Assembly (NCBI RefSeq): GCF_003790525.1
Contig: NZ_CP033635.1
From: Escherichia coli
GTDB taxonomy: Bacteria > Pseudomonadota > Gammaproteobacteria > Enterobacterales > Enterobacteriaceae
Reading direction: 5' to 3' (one strand)
Length of the DNA stretch: 64,000 bases
Shown here: in pieces, positions 12,231 through 22,603 of the stretch
Layout: each line of letters starts with the position of its first letter
Numbering within the stretch: position 1 is the first letter of the stretch
Translations under genes and position numbers: made by a program
Notes under the pieces: generated by a model
Seen by the model: the letters and a program-made list of their open reading frames with translations, nothing else
What the model was told of the DNA's origin: nothing
The model's database searches: none

Positions 12231-13364
12231 TCAAAACGAAGCTAATTGACCCTGAATCCAGATTTGTTGCACATGCAGCCCGCTATCCAGCGCAACGACG
12301 CTGGCGCGTTTGCCCGGTTTAAGCGATCCCAGAACACCATCAACACCCAGCATACGCGCCGGATGCAGCGATGCCATATGGATGGCTTCCGCAGGCGTTA
12401 CGCCCGTCAACTCGACCATGTTGCGCACTGCCGCATCGACAGACAGCGTACTGCCCGCCAGCCCACCGGACGCGGTACGGACAACGCCATCGTGCATCTG
12501 CACTTCTTCACCACATAACGTATAGCGACCATCCGGCATCCCGGCTGCCTGCATCGCGTCGGTGATCAGCACGATTCTCTCTTTCGCACAGCAACAACAC
12601 AGCGACATCGCCGCCGGATGTACATGATGACCATCGGCTATCAGTTCCAGCCAGGCGCGCTTGTCCGTTAATCCCGCGCCAACCATCCCCGGTTCGCGGT
12701 GATGTAAACCTGTCATCCCGTTATAGCAATGCACCAGGCCGTCGGCACCAGCGTCAAACGCGGCACGGGTTTGTTGCCAGGTCGCCGCGCTATGCCCCAG
12801 CATCACCCGTACGTTTTGCTGTTTAAGATAGCGGATGGCCTGCAATGCCCCTTCTTTTTCTGGTGCCAGCGCTACTACGCGCAAGGTGTGCTGAGAAACG
12901 GCAATCAATTGATCCAGCTCGGCAATTTCCAGCTCGCGAAACAGCTCCGGCGGATGCGCGCCTTTATTCTGCGGCGTGAAGTACGGTCCTTCGAGATAAC
13001 TCCCCAGCACTTGCGCACCAGGTCCGCCACGCTGGCAGCGTAGAGCAATACGTTTCAGCGCCGCATGAATGGTATTAAGCGGCGCGGTTACGGTGGTCGG
13101 TAACCAACTGCCGACACCTTCGCGTGCCTTGTGCATTGCCAGCTTGTCGAGCGCATCCGGCGCATCATCCATTACATCAACGCCCGCACCACCGTGTACA
13201 TGGGTGTCGATGTAAGCGGGACAGAGCAGTTCCGCATCGCGTTCAGTCACGCCCACTGGAATCGGTTCGATTGCTGCGATTACACCGTCAGCAATACGCA
13301 ACTGATGGTCATCGAGCCATCCCTCTTCAGTCAGCAGCCTTCTGGCGCGCAGAACGTGTGTCAT
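12231..13364 (-). CDS. agaA: N-acetylgalactosamine-6-phosphate deacetylase AgaA, full length (377 aa)
   Basis: ORF 12231-13385 trimmed to MTHVLRARRLLTEEGWLDDHQL; NagA-like amidohydrolase; intact, unlike the truncated K-12 allele. Confidence 0.9.
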   Translation of the reverse strand: MTHVLRARRLLTEEGWLDDHQLRIADGVIAAIEPIPVGVTERDAELLCPAYIDTHVHGGAGVDVMDDAPDALDKLAMHKAREGVGSWLPTTVTAPLNTIHAALKRIALRCQRGGPGAQVLGSYLEGPYFTPQNKGAHPPELFRELEIAELDQLIAVSQHTLRVVALAPEKEGALQAIRYLKQQNVRVMLGHSAATWQQTRAAFDAGADGLVHCYNGMTGLHHREPGMVGAGLTDKRAWLELIADGHHVHPAAMSLCCCCAKERIVLITDAMQAAGMPDGRYTLCGEEVQMHDGVVRTASGGLAGSTLSVDAAVRNMVELTGVTPAEAIHMASLHPARMLGVDGVLGSLKPGKRASVVALDSGLHVQQIWIQGQLASF

Positions 13365-13795
13365 ATTCCTTCCTCGACCGGACATTCCTCATGGCAGCGA
13401 CCAAGTTCGTCCACCAGACTGGTTAGCCCACGGTGTCCACACTCCAGCGCCTGCACACGGAACTCTTCACCGCTTAACCCTTCGCGTTCCAGCACCATTT
13501 CCAGTAATAGTTGCAAATTTGTGCCGGTGATCACTTCACAGCCCGGTTTTTGCATCGCCAGCGTTGAAGCTACGCGAAACGGCGTGCCGCCCAGCAAATC
13601 CGTCAGAAAAACAATGCCGTCTTCACAATCCAGTTGGACGATGGCCTCTTCAAGCTGCGATGTAAGCAGCGCGGTGCTTGAGGTTTCCGGAAAATCGATG
13701 GCGATAAACTGCGATTGCTCACCGAGAATTTGCTTCATTGCTTTTTCCATGCCGCTGGCAAATCCGCCATGCCCTGTCAAAATAATACTTAACAT
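13361..13795 (-). CDS. agaF: PTS N-acetylgalactosamine-specific EIIA component AgaF (144 aa)
   Basis: MLSIILTGHGGFASGMEKAMKQILG (mannose-family IIA); 4-bp overlap with the agaA start. Confidence 0.9.
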   Translation of the reverse strand: MLSIILTGHGGFASGMEKAMKQILGEQSQFIAIDFPETSSTALLTSQLEEAIVQLDCEDGIVFLTDLLGGTPFRVASTLAMQKPGCEVITGTNLQLLLEMVLEREGLSGEEFRVQALECGHRGLTSLVDELGRCHEECPVEEGI

Positions 13796-13812
13796 CTAAT
13801 ACCTCATTGTAT

Positions 13813-14697
13813 TTAAAGGAAATGGCAGAATTTACCGACGATGCCGAGAACCACGGTAACCGCAATCAGGCGCAGCGGACTCCAGCCGCGGCGTACCAGC
13901 CAGAACATGGTCAGGGTGTAGACCAGCGGTAAGAAGGCTGGCATCAGTTTGTCGATAACATCAGCCTGTAACTTAACCACTGCGTCGCCCGCGGTGATTT
14001 CCAGCGTGGTGCTTAAACGAACATAGGTTGCCACCAGCGCGCCGATTACCGTCATCCCAACGATAGATGCCGCATGGCCGACTTTTTTGGTATTTGCTTT
14101 AATGAGTGGAATCGCCGCCACGCCCATGCGGTAAGCATAATGCGCCAGACCAAAACGCAGCCCCAGGTGCACCACGTTGAACAGCACAATAAAGACGACA
14201 GCGCCAAGAATAGAGCCTTGTAGCGCGAGGCTTGCACCTATCCCGCCACAAATCGGCAGTAGCGTTAGCCAGAACATCGCATCGCCAATCCCGCCGAGCG
14301 GCGCACCGACGGCAATTTTGGTGCTCTGAATACTGTTAACGTCCTGCTTAGAACGCTCCATCGCAAGGATAATGCCGATAACAAACGTCACCAGAAACGG
14401 ATGGGTATTGAAGAAACCCATATGCCCCTTCATGGCGCGCGCCAGGTCGCGTTTATTAGTGTGGATCTTTTTCAGAGCAGGCAGCAGACCGTACAACCAG
14501 CCAGAAGCCTGCATACGTTCGTAGTTAAAAGACGCTTGTAACAGCATGGAACGCCAGGCGACGCGGTTGATATCTTTTTTCGTCAGCTCTGCGCCAATGC
14601 TCTGATCTTCATACACGTTTTCATTGACACCTGTCAGCAGTGTTTCTTCGTTTTCACTGACGTTCGGCAGGGTAGTTTGATTAGATGCCATCTTCAA
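13813..14697 (-). CDS. agaE: PTS N-acetylgalactosamine-specific EIID component AgaE
   Basis: ORF 294 aa; ...RVAWRSMLLQASFNYERMQASG IID signature; paralogue of AgaD. Confidence 0.9.
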   Translation of the reverse strand: MKMASNQTTLPNVSENEETLLTGVNENVYEDQSIGAELTKKDINRVAWRSMLLQASFNYERMQASGWLYGLLPALKKIHTNKRDLARAMKGHMGFFNTHPFLVTFVIGIILAMERSKQDVNSIQSTKIAVGAPLGGIGDAMFWLTLLPICGGIGASLALQGSILGAVVFIVLFNVVHLGLRFGLAHYAYRMGVAAIPLIKANTKKVGHAASIVGMTVIGALVATYVRLSTTLEITAGDAVVKLQADVIDKLMPAFLPLVYTLTMFWLVRRGWSPLRLIAVTVVLGIVGKFCHFL

Positions 14698-15460
14698 ATT
14701 CCTCTTTCTGTGCCGCAGGTTGAGTCGGTTCAGGAGATTTACGCAGCAAGTCGATCAGCGCCATCGCCAGCGCGGCGGCAGCAATAGCCAGCACCGGTAA
14801 CTTGAGCCAGGCTGCGGCAACAAAGCCCAGGATGAAGTAGGGGATGTAGACGTTTTTCATCATGATTTTCAGCAGCACGGCAAAACCGATTGCTGGCATG
14901 ATGCCACCCGCGACGCCGAGGCCGTCGATTAATCGTTGCGGCAGGACATCAATGATGGTTTTGGCATGTTCTGCGCCGAAGTAGATAGGCAGGAAAGCGC
15001 AGAGAAAATAGAACGTGCCGAGTGCCAGCAATGCCAGATAGTTCACGCGTTCAATGCCGCGAGTATCGGCGTTCTCCGCCATCCGGTCGCAGCGGGACAT
15101 CACGCCGGACATCACCGAGAACAGGAAGGTAATCCCCATCTGTACTGCGACAGCGAAAGGTACGGCGACACCGACCGCGACATCCGGTTTCACGCCAGTA
15201 GTAATGGCAAACGCCGTGCCGACGATAGTACCGATAATCACGTTAGGCGGTTGTGCGCCTGCCAGCGGGGCCAGCCCCATCCACACCAGTTCCAGCGTAC
15301 CGCCGGTTAAAATACCGGTATGCAGATCGCCAAGTACCAGTCCGACCAACGGGCCGAGGACCACCGGGCGGTGCATATGGGTTAGGCCGTTAAACATATC
15401 CAGGCCAGCGATAAAGGCGATAATGCCCAACGCGAATGCCTGCAACAGACTGATTTCCAT
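14681..15460 (-). CDS. agaW: PTS N-acetylgalactosamine-specific EIIC component AgaW, full length (259 aa)
   Basis: ORF 259 aa, IIC paralogue of AgaC; intact here. Confidence 0.9.
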   Translation of the reverse strand: MEISLLQAFALGIIAFIAGLDMFNGLTHMHRPVVLGPLVGLVLGDLHTGILTGGTLELVWMGLAPLAGAQPPNVIIGTIVGTAFAITTGVKPDVAVGVAVPFAVAVQMGITFLFSVMSGVMSRCDRMAENADTRGIERVNYLALLALGTFYFLCAFLPIYFGAEHAKTIIDVLPQRLIDGLGVAGGIMPAIGFAVLLKIMMKNVYIPYFILGFVAAAWLKLPVLAIAAAALAMALIDLLRKSPEPTQPAAQKEEFEDGI

Positions 15461-15470
15461 GATGAATCCC

Positions 15471-15944
15471 TCAAAGTAATTTAAAGAGGTCCACTGCAGG
15501 CTCTGTTGGGACGCCCTGAACGAAGCATTCCACCCCAGCGGCTTTCAGGTCGTTAAATGCTGCGATATCACCCGCATCCACAGAAACCGTTTTGGCGATT
15601 TGTTGCTTGCCATTGGCGTAGTGCATATTGCCAACGTTAATGCGATTCACCGGAACGCCACCTTTCACCAGCGTCAGGAAATCGGCAGGTGTTTTACAAA
15701 CCAGCAGGATTTTCTGTCGATCGGCGGCGCGATGAATGTTGTCGATGACTTTTTGCAGCGTCCAGAAACGTACGGCGATCCCTTCTGCCAGTACCATTTC
15801 CATCAGGTTTTGTTGTACCGGATCTTCGGCAACCTCATCGTTGGCTACCAGCACCAGATTTGCCCCCGCAAATCCGACCCACTGAACGCCGACCTGACCG
15901 TGAATCAAACGCTCATCAATCCGGCTTAAAACAATATTTGGCAT
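15471..15944 (-). CDS. agaV: PTS N-acetylgalactosamine-specific EIIB component AgaV (157 aa)
   Basis: ORF 15471-15980 trimmed to MPNIVLSRIDERLIHGQVGVQW. Confidence 0.9.
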   Translation of the reverse strand: MPNIVLSRIDERLIHGQVGVQWVGFAGANLVLVANDEVAEDPVQQNLMEMVLAEGIAVRFWTLQKVIDNIHRAADRQKILLVCKTPADFLTLVKGGVPVNRINVGNMHYANGKQQIAKTVSVDAGDIAAFNDLKAAGVECFVQGVPTEPAVDLFKLL

Positions 15945-15966
15945 AGCGTGTTCCTCTTTGTTTTGC

Positions 15967-17247
15967 TTATTGGCCTTCACAGGCTGTGTGGTACTGCGCC
16001 AGGATGTCCTGAATATGGTTGATAATGAGTTCCCGTGGTGTTGGCTGCAGCTCGCCGGAGCGAACTTTCACGTATTGCAGCGGCAAATACTGGCTGATCA
16101 GCGGTAGCGGAATTGGTGAATCCGCCAGATTACGAACCAGATGAGCGAAAGCGTCATCAATCTGGCTGTCCGGCCAGTAATAGCGCACGCGATCCGAGTA
16201 GCTATAACCACGCGCCAGACGACGCGCGTTGCCGTCACCGTGGTAGTGGCTTTGCCAGTATTCCGGGCGGTCGAGCATCACGTTTTCCAGCACCTGACGC
16301 AGACCAGAACAGGCTTTTGCTGGTACCAGTTCTTCTTCAATCGCCGCCAGAGAGAACAGAGCTTCACGCAGAGCAAAGGTCAGCGCCGGGCCAACTTTCA
16401 GAATGGCAAAGTGGTCAATCACCAGCTGGCGCAGCGATTGCGGCGTTTGGTAATCAGTAGAGTGCGCTTCGAAAATCAGCGTTTCGTAGTTTTCGACCAT
16501 CTGGCTTAAGGCGGTCGCTTTGACGGGCTGATAATCAATAACGTTGGTGTGATCGAATTCGACGCCGGGTTGAACCACCAGGGCAATAATGCGTGGCCAG
16601 ATGGCACTCAGACCTTGCTTTTCAAAGGCGTGACGATGGGCTTCCAGCGTGGCGCGGGCGGCATCCGGCGTGGTGACCGCCAGCTCGCTTAAGGTTTCAT
16701 GCGCGCCGCCAGGTACCGGTACTTCGGTACCAATGACATACTCCAGATCGGCCGCGCCAAAATGTTCACGGCAGGTTTCTTCCGCCACTTTCGCCAGACG
16801 AGCGGCGCGTTCGGCCACGATGTCATCAGTTAAGGGAATCGGATCGTCCTGACAGGACATGCTGCAATCAAGGTGAATTTTTTTGAATCCTGCCGCCACG
16901 TAGCTTTTAATCAAATCATCGGCATTGGCCATTGCCTGAGCGGCAGGCAGGTTTTGCCAGCGGTTTGGCCCCAGATGGTCGCCACCCAGAATCAACGCAT
17001 CCTGTGGGAAATTCAACGAGTCGGCGAGCTGACAAACAAAGCCGCGAAAATCGGCGGGCGTCATTCCGGTATAACCGCCGAACTGGTCCACCTGATTGGA
17101 GGTTGCTTCAATCAGTAACGGCGTTTGGTTTGCACTGGCGTAGCGGATTGCAGCTTCCAGCACCAGCGGATGTGCGGAACAAACGGCATAAATCCCATTT
17201 GTTTTGCCCTCTTTGTGCTGTCTCACCATTTCTGTCAGATGTTTCAC
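15967..17247 (-). CDS. kbaZ: Tagatose-bisphosphate aldolase non-catalytic subunit KbaZ (426 aa)
   Basis: [37 protein letters not shown]... Confidence 0.92.
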   Translation of the reverse strand: MKHLTEMVRQHKEGKTNGIYAVCSAHPLVLEAAIRYASANQTPLLIEATSNQVDQFGGYTGMTPADFRGFVCQLADSLNFPQDALILGGDHLGPNRWQNLPAAQAMANADDLIKSYVAAGFKKIHLDCSMSCQDDPIPLTDDIVAERAARLAKVAEETCREHFGAADLEYVIGTEVPVPGGAHETLSELAVTTPDAARATLEAHRHAFEKQGLSAIWPRIIALVVQPGVEFDHTNVIDYQPVKATALSQMVENYETLIFEAHSTDYQTPQSLRQLVIDHFAILKVGPALTFALREALFSLAAIEEELVPAKACSGLRQVLENVMLDRPEYWQSHYHGDGNARRLARGYSYSDRVRYYWPDSQIDDAFAHLVRNLADSPIPLPLISQYLPLQYVKVRSGELQPTPRELIINHIQDILAQYHTACEGQ

Positions 17248-17495
17248 TTTCCTCTCCAGTTCAGATTACTGCGATATTAATCTTTCGTTTTGTTTCAGTT
17301 GATACTGCGCCATGGTGAGATAAAAATAAAACGAAAGATAATGGTTTTCTGATCTGATTCACAAAAGAAACATAATGAAAGCCACTGAAACGAGAGTAGC
17401 TTGCGCCAATGGGTAAGGTGGGCTTGCATTTGCTTAATAGAAAGGCGTTAATAGGCAAAACGAAATGAAACGAAAGTTTTACGAAAGGACTTACT
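17248..17495. promoter_or_regulatory. Divergent kbaZ / agaR control region with multiple AgaR operator-like repeats
   Basis: ctttcgttttgtttcag, aaaacgaaagata, ctgaaacgagagt and aaaacgaaatgaaacgaaagttttacgaaagg repeats between the divergent kbaZ and agaR starts. Confidence 0.65.
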
Positions 17496-18305
17496 ATGAG
17501 TAATACCGACGCTTCAGGTGAGAAGCGAATGACAGGCACCAGCGAGCGACGAGAACAGATCATTCAGCGTCTGCGACAGCAAGGGAGTGTGCAGGTTAAC
17601 GATCTGTCGGCATTGTATGGCGTATCTACTGTGACGATCCGCAACGATCTGGCGTTTCTGGAAAAGCAGGGGATCGCTGTGCGTGCCTATGGTGGCGCGT
17701 TGATCTGCGATAGCACAACGCCGTCAGTCGAGCCATCAGTGGAAGATAAAAGCGCACTGAACACCGCGATGAAACGCAGCGTTGCGAAAGCTGCCGTTGA
17801 GTTGATTCAGCCTGGTCATCGGGTGATCCTCGACTCCGGGACCACCACTTTTGAGATTGCTCGTCTGATGCGCAAGCACACCGACGTAATTGCGATGACC
17901 AACGGTATGAACGTGGCTAATGCGTTGCTGGAAGCGGAAGGCGTTGAGCTGCTGATGACCGGGGGGCATTTGCGCCGTCAGTCGCAATCTTTTTACGGTG
18001 ATCAGGCTGAGCAATCGCTGCAAAATTACCACTTCGATATGCTGTTTCTTGGTGTAGATGCGATCGATCTGGAGCGCGGCGTCAGCACGCATAATGAAGA
18101 TGAAGCCCGTTTAAACCGTCGGATGTGCGAAGTTGCGGAACGGATCATCGTGGTCACCGATTCCAGTAAGTTCAACCGTTCCAGTTTACATAAGATCATT
18201 GATACTCAACGTATCGACATGATCATTGTTGATGAAGGCATTCCTGCGGATAGTCTGGAAGGACTGCGAAAGGCTGGGGTTGAAGTGATTCTGGTCGGGG
18301 AGTGA
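17496..18305 (+). CDS. agaR: DeoR-family transcriptional repressor AgaR of the aga regulon (269 aa)
   Basis: N-terminal HTH (..[26 protein letters not shown]..) and DeoR C-terminal sugar-phosphate-binding domain. Confidence 0.93.
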   Translation: MSNTDASGEKRMTGTSERREQIIQRLRQQGSVQVNDLSALYGVSTVTIRNDLAFLEKQGIAVRAYGGALICDSTTPSVEPSVEDKSALNTAMKRSVAKAAVELIQPGHRVILDSGTTTFEIARLMRKHTDVIAMTNGMNVANALLEAEGVELLMTGGHLRRQSQSFYGDQAEQSLQNYHFDMLFLGVDAIDLERGVSTHNEDEARLNRRMCEVAERIIVVTDSSKFNRSSLHKIIDTQRIDMIIVDEGIPADSLEGLRKAGVEVILVGE

Positions 18306-18311
18306 GAAAGG

Positions 18312-18347
18312 GTGCCCGCTGGTCAACACGAATGCGTTCGGCGGGCA
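18312..18347. terminator. Hairpin between the convergent agaR and yhaV genes (bidirectional terminator)
   Basis: tgcccgctggtcaacacgaatgcgttcggcgggca inverted repeat. Confidence 0.6.
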
Positions 18348-18359
18348 TTGTGAACACCA

Positions 18360-18824
18360 TCAATGGGTTTCTTCTGTCTCTCGGGTGAGGGTTTCCCAGT
18401 CGGCAGGAGGATGTCCTCTTTTTAACATTTTGCTGAATACGGTATAGGCATCTGTTTTTTTACCGTAGGTGCGCAGCGTGTTTTCATCGTTCATCCATCC
18501 CAGAATGATGACTTTCTCTTTTTCACTATAACGAAAGAAGAGACGATAACGACCAGCACCAAATTTTACCCGTGACCAGTCTTTATTTTTCCCAGAGCCT
18601 AACGACTTGCCATGACGGAATGCCGGTGATGATGGATTGACCGTGATATGCTCCTCAATCACTTTATGGACTACCGCCAATAACTTTGTGGCGGCTTTTC
18701 TCTGATAATTTTCAGGATCTTTTCCCTTTAATGTCTCGACTTCGGCAACTAAAGCGTCGTAGGTTTCCTGAAAACAGGGATGAGCATATAGCGCCCAACC
18801 ATTAACCCTTTGTGGAAAATCCAT
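18360..18824 (-). CDS. yhaV: Type II toxin YhaV (ribosome-dependent mRNA interferase, 154 aa)
   Basis: ORF 154 aa directly downstream of prlF with overlapping stop/start. Confidence 0.9.
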   Translation of the reverse strand: MDFPQRVNGWALYAHPCFQETYDALVAEVETLKGKDPENYQRKAATKLLAVVHKVIEEHITVNPSSPAFRHGKSLGSGKNKDWSRVKFGAGRYRLFFRYSEKEKVIILGWMNDENTLRTYGKKTDAYTVFSKMLKRGHPPADWETLTRETEETH

Positions 18825-19159
18825 TATTCGTCGTCGCCAATCTCATCGTCAATGTTGACGTCCATGCCAGCGACAAGTTTCTTTCCTTGTTGAGTGTCGA
18901 ATGGACGAGTTTTTTGCGGGTTGTTCTGGATATCTGCATCCAGAAAACGCAAAAATGCATTCATAGTATGATCCTCCTGTTCATCTCCCAGTCGGCACAT
19001 AAATACTTGCCCACCAGGCAGAATTTCGTAATGAATGCTGTCCAGGCCTGGCTTCAGTTTTAAGGCCTCACGCACTGGCGCGGGGATAGTTGTTTGTCCG
19101 CGTATCGTGACCTTTGATTCAGTGGTCAGTACAGCGTTAGAGCGAGCATTAGCGGGCAT
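18824..19159 (-). CDS. prlF: Antitoxin PrlF/SohA (AbrB/SpoVT-like swapped-hairpin fold, 111 aa)
   Basis: MPANARSNAVLTTESKVTIRGQTTIPAPVREALKLKPG...; acidic C-terminus IDDEIGDDE. Confidence 0.9.
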   Translation of the reverse strand: MPANARSNAVLTTESKVTIRGQTTIPAPVREALKLKPGLDSIHYEILPGGQVFMCRLGDEQEDHTMNAFLRFLDADIQNNPQKTRPFDTQQGKKLVAGMDVNIDDEIGDDE

Positions 19160-19307
19160 TATTTACTGTCCTTTTACAGCCTGTTTTCTGCTCAAATTAT
19201 AAGCTTGAACTAAGGTAATGCAAATGCATTATTAATGGATGTGTGGACTTTAAACAATAAAAACATGGCACTAAGGCCATGTTTTGCGAGGGACGTTCCA
19301 AAAGAAA

Positions 19308-20879
19308 TCAGGTCACCGGTGCTGGGTTAAACACCGCCAGCTGGTTATGCAGTCCCCATTGATCCGAGAAAGTTTTCTTCTTCCCGCTGGCGACGTCGAG
19401 AATAAAGTGGAACAACTTCCAGCCCACTTCTTCAATGGTTTCTTCGCCGGTAGCGATAGTGCCCGCGTTAATATCCATTAAATCAAACCAGCGGTTCGCC
19501 AGCTCGGTGCGGGTCGCCATTTTAATGACCGGTACCGCCATCAGGCCGTACGGCGTACCACGACCGGTCGTAAACACTTGCACAGTGATACCCGAAGCCA
19601 CCTGTTGCGTGCCACAGACAAAATCGCTGGCTGGCGTCGCGGCGTAAATTAATCCGCGTTTAGTCGGGCGTTGGCCGGGCGACAGCACTTCAACAATTGC
19701 ACTTTTACCCGATTTAGCAATGGAGCCGAGCGCTTTCTCCACCACATTTGCCAGACCGCCTTTCTTGTTGCCCGGCGAAGGGTTGGCGCTGCGGTCGGTT
19801 TTTCCCATATTGAGATAGTTATCGTACCACTCCATCTCCTCCAGCAGCCGTTTGCCGACCTCTTCGTTCACTGCGCGTGGTGTCAGCAGATGGATCGCGT
19901 CACGCACTTCCGTGACTTCTGAAAACATCACCGTTGCGCCGCAGCGCACCAGTAGATCAGACGCATACCCAACCGCCGGGTTTGCCGTTACGCCAGAAAA
20001 CGCATCGCTGCCACCGCACTGCATGCCGACAACCAGTTCTGAAGCCGGACAGGTTTCTCGCTGTCGTTGATTCAGTTTGTGCAAATGGCGTTCGGCGACC
20101 TGCAAAATATCCTCGACCATGGACTGAAAGCCGACATGCTTTTCATCCTGCAAACTGACAATGCTGGCGCTTTCTACTGGAATAGCTTGCACATCATCCG
20201 TTCCAGTCAGCAGGCGCTCAGGCTGCAACTTTTCACAACCCAGACCAATCACCATTACTTCGCCGCCAAAGTTAGGGTTCAGCGAAATATTGTGGATGGT
20301 ACGAATAGGCACAACTGCCGCCGGTGCGTTAATCGCCACGCCACAGCCGTACAAATGATTCAGCCCCACCACGCCATCGACGTTCGGGTATTTCGGTAGC
20401 AGATCGCGTTCAATGATTTTTACTACATAGTCCACCACGCCTGCTACACAGTGGACGCTGGTGGTGATGCCGAGCAGGTTTTTAGTGCCCACGCTGCCAT
20501 CGGCATTGCGATAGCCCTCAAAGGTGTATCCTTCCAGCGGCGGTAAGGGTTCCGGGACTTTGGTTGCCAGTGGCAGCGTGTGTAACGGCGGCGCTTCCGG
20601 TAGTACAACCATTGATTCGTCGATCCAGCTTCCGCGTGGGATTGCGCGCACGGCGTAACCAATCACTTCGCCATAACGAATAATTTCACCATTAGCTGGA
20701 ATGTCCAGCAATGCGACTTTATGCCCCTGGGGAATATGTTCAATTAATTCCAGCCCATCCGGAAAACGCGTTCCTGCTTTCAGGCCATTATCATTAACAA
20801 TAATTGCCACATTATCTGTGTCGTGAACTTTTATATAAAACGCAGTTGGCGTTTCTTGTCTGATTTCGATGTTGGCCAT
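19308..20879 (-). CDS. garD: Galactarate dehydratase GarD (523 aa)
   Basis: [39 protein letters not shown]... SAF-domain N-terminus; divergent from garPLRK. Confidence 0.93.
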   Translation of the reverse strand: MANIEIRQETPTAFYIKVHDTDNVAIIVNDNGLKAGTRFPDGLELIEHIPQGHKVALLDIPANGEIIRYGEVIGYAVRAIPRGSWIDESMVVLPEAPPLHTLPLATKVPEPLPPLEGYTFEGYRNADGSVGTKNLLGITTSVHCVAGVVDYVVKIIERDLLPKYPNVDGVVGLNHLYGCGVAINAPAAVVPIRTIHNISLNPNFGGEVMVIGLGCEKLQPERLLTGTDDVQAIPVESASIVSLQDEKHVGFQSMVEDILQVAERHLHKLNQRQRETCPASELVVGMQCGGSDAFSGVTANPAVGYASDLLVRCGATVMFSEVTEVRDAIHLLTPRAVNEEVGKRLLEEMEWYDNYLNMGKTDRSANPSPGNKKGGLANVVEKALGSIAKSGKSAIVEVLSPGQRPTKRGLIYAATPASDFVCGTQQVASGITVQVFTTGRGTPYGLMAVPVIKMATRTELANRWFDLMDINAGTIATGEETIEEVGWKLFHFILDVASGKKKTFSDQWGLHNQLAVFNPAPVT

Positions 20880-21253
20880 TGTGCAATATTCTCCAGCCAG
20901 GGGTTATTAAAATGAGGACCTGGTCTCATTTAAAAATAAATGACTTCATTGGGTGAAATAAGAATGTCAGGAGTTTAAACGCAGAAATGTGATCAATGTC
21001 AATCATTTCAGGGATTGCAGTGCCGCCCGGCAAGGTAAAGCGCAAATCTGTGCTTTAGCGCGCAACCTTATGTGCATATGCTCAAAATAATATTTAAATA
21101 GTATTAATTAAATTAGCATTTGCACAATGATTATTATTCTCGCGCTGATTATACTAATTCCCGAGTTCATTGCCGTAACGGCATAAATAAAACTCATAAA
21201 TAACACCTTCCCCATAATAATAAAAATCAGCATAAGTACCCGAGGTAAATAAA
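20880..21253. promoter_or_regulatory. AT-rich divergent garD / garPLRK promoter region
   Basis: 374-bp AT-rich intergenic region between divergent operons; known CdaR-regulated locus. Confidence 0.5.
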
Positions 21254-22588
21254 ATGATTCTGGACACCGTTGACGTAAAAAAGAAAGGCGTGCATACCCG
21301 CTATTTAATATTACTGATTATTTTTATTGTTACCGCCGTTAACTACGCCGATCGTGCAACGCTGTCTATTGCTGGTACCGAAGTGGCAAAAGAGTTGCAG
21401 TTAAGTGCGGTTTCGATGGGTTACATCTTCTCCGCTTTTGGCTGGGCCTACCTGCTGATGCAAATTCCCGGCGGCTGGCTGCTTGATAAGTTTGGCTCGA
21501 AAAAAGTTTACACCTACAGCCTCTTTTTCTGGTCGCTGTTCACCTTCCTGCAAGGCTTTGTTGATATGTTCCCGCTGGCCTGGGCAGGGATCTCCATGTT
21601 CTTTATGCGCTTTATGCTGGGGTTCTCGGAAGCGCCATCATTCCCGGCGAACGCCCGTATTGTCGCCGCCTGGTTCCCAACGAAAGAACGTGGTACTGCC
21701 TCCGCCATCTTTAACTCGGCGCAATATTTCTCGCTGGCGCTCTTTTCGCCGCTGCTTGGCTGGCTGACTTTCGCCTGGGGCTGGGAGCACGTCTTCACCG
21801 TTATGGGGGTGATTGGTTTTGTGCTGACGGCGCTGTGGATCAAGTTGATTCATAACCCGACAGATCACCCACGTATGTCTGCGGAAGAGCTGAAGTTTAT
21901 CTCAGAAAATGGCGCGGTGGTCGATATGGACCACAAAAAGCCGGGCAGTGCGGCAGCAAGCGGTCCCAAACTGCATTACATCAAGCAATTGCTCTCTAAC
22001 CGCATGATGCTGGGCGTATTTTTCGGACAATATTTTATCAACACCATCACCTGGTTCTTCCTCACCTGGTTCCCAATTTATCTGGTGCAGGAAAAAGGCA
22101 TGTCGATTCTGAAAGTGGGTCTGGTCGCCTCGATTCCGGCACTGTGTGGCTTTGCGGGCGGCGTACTGGGAGGTGTCTTCTCGGATTATCTGATCAAACG
22201 CGGTTTGTCCCTGACCCTGGCACGTAAGCTACCGATTGTGCTGGGAATGTTGCTGGCTTCCACCATTATCTTATGTAACTACACCAACAACACCACGCTA
22301 GTGGTCATGCTGATGGCGCTGGCTTTCTTTGGCAAAGGATTTGGTGCGCTGGGCTGGCCGGTAATTTCTGACACCGCGCCGAAAGAGATTGTTGGTCTCT
22401 GCGGCGGCGTCTTTAACGTCTTTGGCAATGTTGCCTCCATTGTCACTCCACTGGTGATTGGCTACCTGGTAAGTGAATTGCACTCCTTCAATGCAGCACT
22501 GGTTTTCGTGGGATGTTCAGCGCTGATGGCGATGGTCTGCTACCTCTTCGTAGTTGGCGACATTAAACGTATGGAATTGCAGAAATAA
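21254..22588 (+). CDS. garP: Galactarate/glucarate/glycerate transporter GarP (MFS, 444 aa)
   Basis: ORF 444 aa, 12-TM MFS pattern. Confidence 0.93.
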   Translation: MILDTVDVKKKGVHTRYLILLIIFIVTAVNYADRATLSIAGTEVAKELQLSAVSMGYIFSAFGWAYLLMQIPGGWLLDKFGSKKVYTYSLFFWSLFTFLQGFVDMFPLAWAGISMFFMRFMLGFSEAPSFPANARIVAAWFPTKERGTASAIFNSAQYFSLALFSPLLGWLTFAWGWEHVFTVMGVIGFVLTALWIKLIHNPTDHPRMSAEELKFISENGAVVDMDHKKPGSAAASGPKLHYIKQLLSNRMMLGVFFGQYFINTITWFFLTWFPIYLVQEKGMSILKVGLVASIPALCGFAGGVLGGVFSDYLIKRGLSLTLARKLPIVLGMLLASTIILCNYTNNTTLVVMLMALAFFGKGFGALGWPVISDTAPKEIVGLCGGVFNVFGNVASIVTPLVIGYLVSELHSFNAALVFVGCSALMAMVCYLFVVGDIKRMELQK

Positions 22589-22603
22589 GCAAAGGTATAA
22601 GCG

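Noticed and set aside
11972-12322. Small ORFs (84 aa minus, 83 aa plus) in the agaA-agaS intergenic region
   Set aside because: They span the AT-rich operator-repeat array and the REP element; low-complexity F/L-rich or R-rich translations; the interval is better explained as regulatory DNA.
13131-13799. 222-aa plus-strand ORF
   Set aside because: Antisense to agaA and agaF, both with clear homology-consistent frames.
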